DNA of 64,000 nt from Macrostomum hystrix (lineage: Eukaryota; Animalia; Platyhelminthes): positions 4,278,001 to 4,342,000 of the forward strand of contig CATNEN010000003.1 of the NCBI GenBank assembly GCA_950097015.1, read 5' to 3'. Numbering within the stretch: position 1 is the first letter of the stretch; each line of letters begins with the position of its first letter. The translations under genes were made by a program, and so were the position numbers. Positions 57,390 to 64,000 of the stretch are shown piece after piece. A model generated the notes under the pieces. It did no database searches. It had not been told where the DNA came from and was given only the letters and a program-made list of their open reading frames with translations.

Positions 57390-60300
57390 TGACTTACTTT
57401 GACTTAGCTGCAGGGTGGTCCATGGACGCAGCAGGGAGGCGAGGATCGCCCATACCGCTTACCCCTGTAGGCCTGCAGACAGGCAAGGGCGCGGGGCCGG
57501 TCAGGGTGGTCCGCCGGTCCGTCATGCAGCGTTGTCTTTCATAGGGAAGAACGTGGCTCGTCTTGTTGCCCGGAGGAACTGGACGAGCCGTGGAATGCTG
57601 TCGGGCTGGCAGATCTCGTCCATAGACGGGTTGGGCCCGAGGTAGCGTAGCCGGTCTCTGTTAAAGAAAGGGCAGTGACACACAAAGTGCTCAGCATCTT
57701 TCGTTGTCGTACTCACAGAATGGGCAGAGTTCACTCTCAAGGTCGCCCCGGAGGAAACAGTGCCTAGCGAGGTAGCCGTGGCCCGTGAGGGTCATGGCGA
57801 GGGCGCGGATATCCTTCCGGTTTTGGTTCAAAAGGATGTTCCTAAGCCTGTGAGACGGGCGCGAAACTGCGGCACGGGATTGCCGACAGTTCTGGGTGCC
57901 CGCCCATCTGTCCCTGTGCAGGGACTCAGCCCAGTCATCAATGAGGCGGTTGATGACCGTGATGGGGATCGGGACCAGGGGAGCAGGGCCCAGGAGAGAG
58001 CCAGAGCCACCCTGCTTGGCAAGGGTATCCGCTAGCTCGTTCCCTGGGAAGCCCGCATGCCCTGGGATCCAGCTCAGCCTGACCGTGTTGTTACGGGCCA
58101 GGAGGTTGAGTTTCCGGGCACAGTCAGCGACTCTCCGGGAGCACGTGGTGGTGCGGCAAAGGGCTTGTAAGGCCGCTTGGCTCTCAGAGTGGATGATGAT
58201 AGTCTCTCCTCTCGTATTCCTGGCGTTCAGCTCTGCGGCACAGGAGCTGATGGCAAGGATTTCATTCTGGAAGACCGTAGAAAGTCTCCCAGTATGTTGG
58301 GCATGCGTGGCGACGACGCGGCCGTTGATCAGGATGCAGACCCCAAAGCCGGCAAGGCCGTCTTTAATGGATCCATCCGTATAGCAGTGGACCTCCTGGT
58401 GGTTCCAGTGGTCGTTAGCGTCTTCCCTCGAGGGTATGATGATTTTGTAGCGTTGGTTGAGATTGAGAGTGCGTGGTTCGCCGTCAGATAAGACGTGGAG
58501 TCCGCCGCTATCTTCTAAGTCTCGAAAGCACAGATCGGTGTGAGGCAGAAGTTTGCGCTTTGCCATTGCCCTTTGCGGCGTGAAGCGGACGCCGGCGTCA
58601 ATGAGCCGACGCGCTGTTTTAGCGGTTTCCCTGCGGACAAAAATGTCCAACGGGGGAGCGTCGAGGAAGGCATTGAGGCCGTCGTAAGGAGCCGACGGTG
58701 GGGCACTCATGGTCATGCGACAGGCGCGCCCTTGCGTTTTCTTAAGTGCCTCCAGGCAGGTCTTCATCTGCAGGGCGCTAGTCCAGATCAAGCTGCCGTA
58801 CGAGACAGCTAGCCTGACCATTGCAGTATAGATCCACCAGAGGCGCTTGGGGTGAGCCCCCAGGTGGTGCCGACGGCCCTTCGCAGCTGCGCGAGGATCG
58901 CGAGGGCCCTCTTGGTTTTGGTTTGAACATGGGGAGACCAGTTCAGCCTATGGTCCAGGGTGATCCCTAGGCATTTGGTTTGCTTACAGAAGGAAATTTC
59001 CTTACCGTAAAGCCCAAGCGGCTGTATCTGCCATTTGTTTCTGCTGGTGAACATGATCACTGCAGTGTTGGTCTCAGAGAGCTTCAGACCACAGCGACCC
59101 GCCCATTGTTCAGCAGAGTGGATGAAATTCTGAAATAGGTCCCTGAGCGTATCAGGGGATGGGCCAGACGCCACAGCTGTGACATCGTCCGCATAACCCA
59201 CCTTCAGGATTGGGTCAGGACGAGCGTCTCGCAGGAGCTCGTCAATGACCATGTTCCAGAGAATAGGAGAGAGAACCCCTCCCTGCGGGCTCCCTTTGCG
59301 GACGGGGACCGTCCGTTGGTGGCCCAGCAGGTTGGCAGTGACCGTGCGATGACTGATCATATACATGATCCATCTGGTGAGGGACGAGTGAGTGTGTCTC
59401 TCACAAAGGGCTTTGCGGAACGCCTCGAAGAGGACGTTGTCAAAGGCACCATCAATGTCCAGGAAGACACTTAAGGCGAAGCCGGTGCCAAGCACAGCTT
59501 TTTCCAATTTGTCGACCAGAACGTGCAGCGCGCTTTCGGTGGAGCGACCCGCCCGAAAAGCATGCTGGTTGTCGCTGAGCGGCGCGTTCTTCAGTTCCAC
59601 TGAGAGAAGGCGCCAAAGCACAAGTCTCTCCATCAGCTTGACCAGGAAGGTGATTAGGCTGATTGGTCTGAAGGATTTAATGGACTGGTAGTCCGGGCGG
59701 CCTGGCTTCGGGATAAAAATCACCTTCGCCTCGGTCCATGCCTGCGGGACGTACCCGAGCGTGATGCAGGCTCGATAGAGGCTGCAAAGAGAGCGCAGGA
59801 AACCTGGGCATTTAACCGCCTCTCTAAGAAAAGCAGGTATGATGCCATCAGGTCCTGGAGCCTTAAAAGGCTTAAAGGAGGTGGCCGCTTTAACGATGCG
59901 GTCCTCCGTGATGATAGAGGCAGCCAGCATCTGGCCCAGGCCCAGGATCAGTGTGCCCAGGCTCGCCTCGTCGGTCAGGTCAACGTGGATGGCGCGATCC
60001 GCCTGGTGAGTGCTAGCCTCAAACCAGTCAGTCGGCGCCTCTCCTCGTCGCTCCTGCCCCACTGGCTGCTTCGGTGGAGCGTTCGGTTTGTGGACCCGCT
60101 CGAGGTGCGCCCTGAGAGTCCTGGCTTGTTCCAGCGCTCGCTGGACCAGCCCAGATCTCCGGGTGGACCTGGCAGGCCTGCGGTCGCGAGGTCCGGATTC
60201 GGCAGCGCGAGCTGCTTTACCGGGGTGGGGATCCACCGTTTGCCTCTGCTTCTTCGCCGGAGGAGCTTGCGCCCCGGATCCGGGCTCAGGAGCTTTGGCT

Positions 60301-61939
60301 TTTTTGGCTTCCCCAGCTTTCCGCTCCTCGCAGCGGAGGATGGTCAGCTGAGTTAGACCAAGGTGAATGATGGACTTTGGCGACAAGCGCTTGGTCCACG
60401 CATCCGAGAGCCCCAGGATCACCGTGAACCCCGTCTCCTTGCGGGAGGAGGCATGGTGAAGGAGCCCGTTGGCCTCAAGGTCGGGGTGCAGCTTCAGCAG
60501 AATCTGCCTAAGCTGATCCCCAGATTTGATGGCACTGCCATTCGGGATCCAAACGCGGAAGCGCTCGGTCTTAAGGCGTTGGCCTTCGCTAGCGAAGGTA
60601 AGCTTGCCGAGCTTCTTAGGCCACTTTAGCTGTGGCAGAAGCTCGCGTAGAGCTCGGCTGCTTTCCTCCGAGTTGCACCAGATGAAAATGCAGCCGTCCA
60701 TTTTGGCCGATTTGACCACGCTCACCGGGCGGCCTGCCAGGAGCTGGTCAATGAGTGCAGCGTCGATGATGCGCCAGGCACTGTCGAGCTGCTCGGCCGT
60801 GAGGTCTTGCTCTTCCCCAAAAACGATGACCGCGGGTTGGAGCATGGCACTGGCCTTGGAGGCGTAGGACTCCTTGGCCTTGGTAGATGGTTGGCTGGCC
60901 GGGGCCTCGCTGGCCATCGTTGCATGTGTGGCGGCTCCGGATGGCCCAGCCACGTTGCCGGTGTTAGTGTTGCTGGTGGGCTCAGCGGGTGGTGACCCAG
61001 CGGAGGCAGTTTCCCGAGGGGCTGAGGTGGCGGTGGCTCCTTTCGGCCCAACCGCACCTTCGCCCACTTGAGGTACCACCTCCGCGGATTGCCGAACCGC
61101 GGCCTCCCTTTCACACTGCCGCCGACGCCGCTCGTTGCGGCGTTGGTTACGGCCGTGACGGGCTTCCTGGGACCGGATGCCTAGAGGTCTGGGGGCAGAT
61201 CTCCGTCAGACAGGGCGGCAGCGGGTCCGGTAGCCTCCGATGGGGCGACGTTGGCGCTGTTGGTAGCGGCCGGAGCAACCGGGGGATTCCCGGTTTCGAT
61301 TTCTTTATAATATTGGGCAGAAGAAGCCATTGCTGAAAGCGGGAGGAGGGTGAGCGGTGACTCACAAGAATAGAGAAAATAAATAAAAAGAAGCCGCTAA
61401 AGACCGGACTACTCCCCGGCCAAGCGCCCTTTGGCACGGCGAGACCTTGGGCCTTAGAGGGCGGCAGAAAGCAGCGCCAGACCCGCACAGGTGAACGAAC
61501 GCTGCGGACTGGCCGCATACCCTGTTAAGGTCAAAGGGTGACACCCTTCCCTCAGAGCCGTAGCCAGAGGTACCTGATCACGCACAAGGTGCACGAACGC
61601 TGCGGACTGGCCGCATACCCTGTTAAGGTCAAAGGGTGACACCTTTCCCTCCAGCCAGGGCTAGAGGTACCCAGTTTGGCCAGAGGCCCTGGATGGGTCA
61701 TCCAGCGCTGTTGCCCATTCTGTCCGGCTGCCCTAGGGTCAGCCTTGAACACTCGCGGGACGTGTACCCATGGGTCAGCTGACGGGACAGCGTGGAGGGA
61801 TTCCTGCACCCGAAGGCACAGGGCTCCTTCCTGCCAAGCCTGCTCAAAAAGCGACTGCAGGTGTGAGGCATCGCAGACCTTAGCCCGTGGGCCTGGACTG
61901 ACTCATACCTCACAGGCGTTGTGTCCCGCCGGTGCGAGC
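57390..61939 (-). mobile_element. Non-LTR retrotransposon, LOA/R1-like: ORF1-like region fused to RT, RNase H and C-terminal CCHC; no AP endonuclease; frameshifted
   Basis: 13-bp TSD TCATTCACTCACT (57377-57389 and 61940-61952). KAPGPDG, FRPISL, QHAFR, FLDIDGAFD, PQGGVLSP, YADD. RNase H YTDGS and WIPGH..GNE.AD. CPFC...EH..C. Short AAGT-type tail. Confidence 0.92.
57522..61330 (-). pseudogene. Disrupted ORF1-RT-RNase H polyprotein of the LINE
   Basis: Frameshifts near 61190, 58850 and 57700 split it into ORFs 58809-61079, 57691-58821 and 57522-57740. The RNase H motif reads SESQAAL instead of the usual SDS. Confidence 0.8.
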
Positions 61940-62145
61940 TCATTCACTCACTATGACCCTTTGAATATGAGTTTGTCATTCACTCACTATGACACTTATT
62001 GAGTTGGTCATACACTCACTTAATGACACTTAATGAGTTGGTAATTTACACACTATGACCCTTTGAATATGAGTTTGTCATTCACTCACTATGATACTTT
62101 TTGAGTTGGTCATTCACTCACTATGACACTTAATGAGTTTGGTCA
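61940..62145. repeat. Right part of the 31-36-bp satellite interrupted by the LINE
   Basis: Direct observation. Confidence 0.9.
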
Positions 62146-62593
62146 TTCCGTTTTAAATGTGGTATCGTGCGATAAAGAGCAGTATATCAATTACGTAGGT
62201 GCGGTTAAAAGACTTCGCGCTTTAACTTTGCTTCCTTCGTAAAGAAAAGTTAGAAAAATATAAATGTCAATGTATTAATAAATGTACAGGAATAGATTCT
62301 GTGAACGATTTAATTTTACTTTAAAAAATCTTCGCAAAATACAATCCAATCCAAAATCAACATATTTTATTCTTTTAATTTTTTTATACAACAAGTTTAA
62401 AGACTTGTCTAGTTTCTTATAACATTCCTTCTGGCTCGCAAAGACGCAAGTGGTAGCGATTTCTTGATTTGGTGTGAGATTTAAAATTACATCTTTAATA
62501 CAGCTACAACTTTGGACTAGCTAGAGGGGTTTTTTGCTCTGTCTCTAGTCTTCAACTTGGAGTCTTGCTGTTTAAAACATCTATCAACTAACC

Positions 62594-62779
62594 ATGCCTG
62601 CAAGTTTTAGTGTTGTGCCAATGCATTTAATTCATGTGCTGGAGGTTATCCTAGGAACAATTTTTTTCTCACTGTTATTCTTTCTGAGTGTTGCTTTTCT
62701 AAAGCGATATAAGAAGAAGCCTATATGGCATGGTCGCCTTCTAACTGACAATGACTGCTATGATATATCCATAAAGTAA
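62594..62779 (+). CDS. Possible first exon or small single-pass membrane protein
   Basis: AACCATG start context, hydrophobic helix followed by KRYKKK. The ORF ends within a GTAAGT donor-like site at 62776. Confidence 0.35.
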   Translation: MPASFSVVPMHLIHVLEVILGTIFFSLLFFLSVAFLKRYKKKPIWHGRLLTDNDCYDISIK

Positions 62780-64000
62780 GTATTAACGTGCAATCGCTTT
62801 TTTATTGTAGTAACAACTTTACGTTTGTTAACCTGGTAATTTACACTGCCATTTGCATTTTGTTATTAGATATATTGTAAAGTTAAAAATATCGTATTTA
62901 ATCAAAACAAATAATATATTATTTTTTTCCTACTATAAAGTGCACTGTATAGACTATACTAGGGCCTATGTAAATTATTAATAAGTTTTTCTATGGCTGG
63001 CTATTGACACTTCAGTCAATATTCTTAGTATTCAGTTTTTGTCTTCATGATTCTATTACTTTATCTAATTCCATTAGCTAAAAGCTTGTTTTTATTTTAA
63101 AGTTTCTTATTAATTTAGTTGTAAAGATTGATAACCACTTATATTGATCAAGATTTTTTGCGGTTGTATCACTATATTAACAACTTTATATTAGGGCCTA
63201 GACATACACATATTGTAAGCGTTATCTAATGTAGAAAATCATGAATTAAAAATATTTTTTTATAACTAACAAGTATTATCCATTGTCAATACAATGCCTA
63301 TATTTATACAATAATTTTCCTTGTCACTGTTTATTTTTTGCTGCTTGCTCTACAATATTATAAAAACAATACTAACAAATAATTATTACCATTGGCAATA
63401 TATTTCACAGCTTATTAATAAAGCCTATAATGTTAAAATTTAGCATGAAAAAGTCAAATTTAAAACAGATAATCTATATGTTTAGTTTTTACTAAATGAT
63501 ATAATTTTAATATTATTATTTACTCTTTAATATGCTTTTTTGAACAATTACCTTTATTGCGACAAATGTAATTTAATGTACTAAAATATCATATTTGCTT
63601 GTTACATTTGCTTTACAACAACTCAGTTCACTTAGAAAAGTGACAAATGTGTTGCATGGTCATTAATTTGTTATTGGCATGTAACTTTTTCCAAATTATA
63701 TATACTTCTCTTTTATGAATATGAAACTGAACTGTCTAATATACGTAGCATTTGTTGGAGTCTTTATTGGATCTCATGGTACAAAGTGTGTGCAGCAACA
63801 AACATTTTGCAAATATGGTGAGTTGCTTGCTTGTTCAGTACTTAATAAAAAGTATTTACTCCTCTTAGAACTGTGTTGTGTCTATCTATTTTTAATCCTT
63901 TCTTACAAAAAAGCTTTTGTGTAGTGAAGCTTTATTACTACAAGTTTAGCTAGTTATTATATTGGTTAGCAAACATGAGCATTTGTGACTTTATAGTTTT

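Noticed and set aside
62800-64000. Very AT-rich terminal segment, including ORF 63715-63924
   Set aside because: No recognisable motifs. Consistent with intron or intergenic DNA.

Overview
Repeat-rich eukaryotic (metazoan) genomic DNA with spliceosomal introns. The polyQ/polyA-rich coding style and minisatellite-filled introns resemble Macrostomum-type flatworms, but this is inference and not proven. Plus-strand genes: 3' part of adrenodoxin (FDX1-like), PAF1 (single coding exon), 10-exon SHPRH, 4-exon FNIP1/2, two tandem RPLP2 copies encoding identical proteins, and a 2-exon GT31 (B3GALT-like) glycosyltransferase. Minus-strand genes: 3-exon FBXO4 and an SBK1-like kinase. Mobile DNA: an intact DD34D mariner inside a (GGAT)n tract, a LOA/R1-like LINE with RT+RNase H but no endonuclease inside a satellite, a solo LTR, a hAT MITE, a TTAA-flanked MITE and two tRNA-derived SINE families. 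There are more than 15 distinct tandem arrays. The most curious signals are an orphan histone 3' stem-loop antisense in an SHPRH intron, reverse-complementary satellites flanking the frame-preserving RING exons of SHPRH, a 140-bp tandem array of NF-Y/E2F/KLF motifs upstream of FNIP, in-frame decoy splice acceptors built by a minisatellite, and a recurrent 14-bp palindrome. Exon boundaries were derived by eye from GT/AG signals, phase and homology. No database searches were run.
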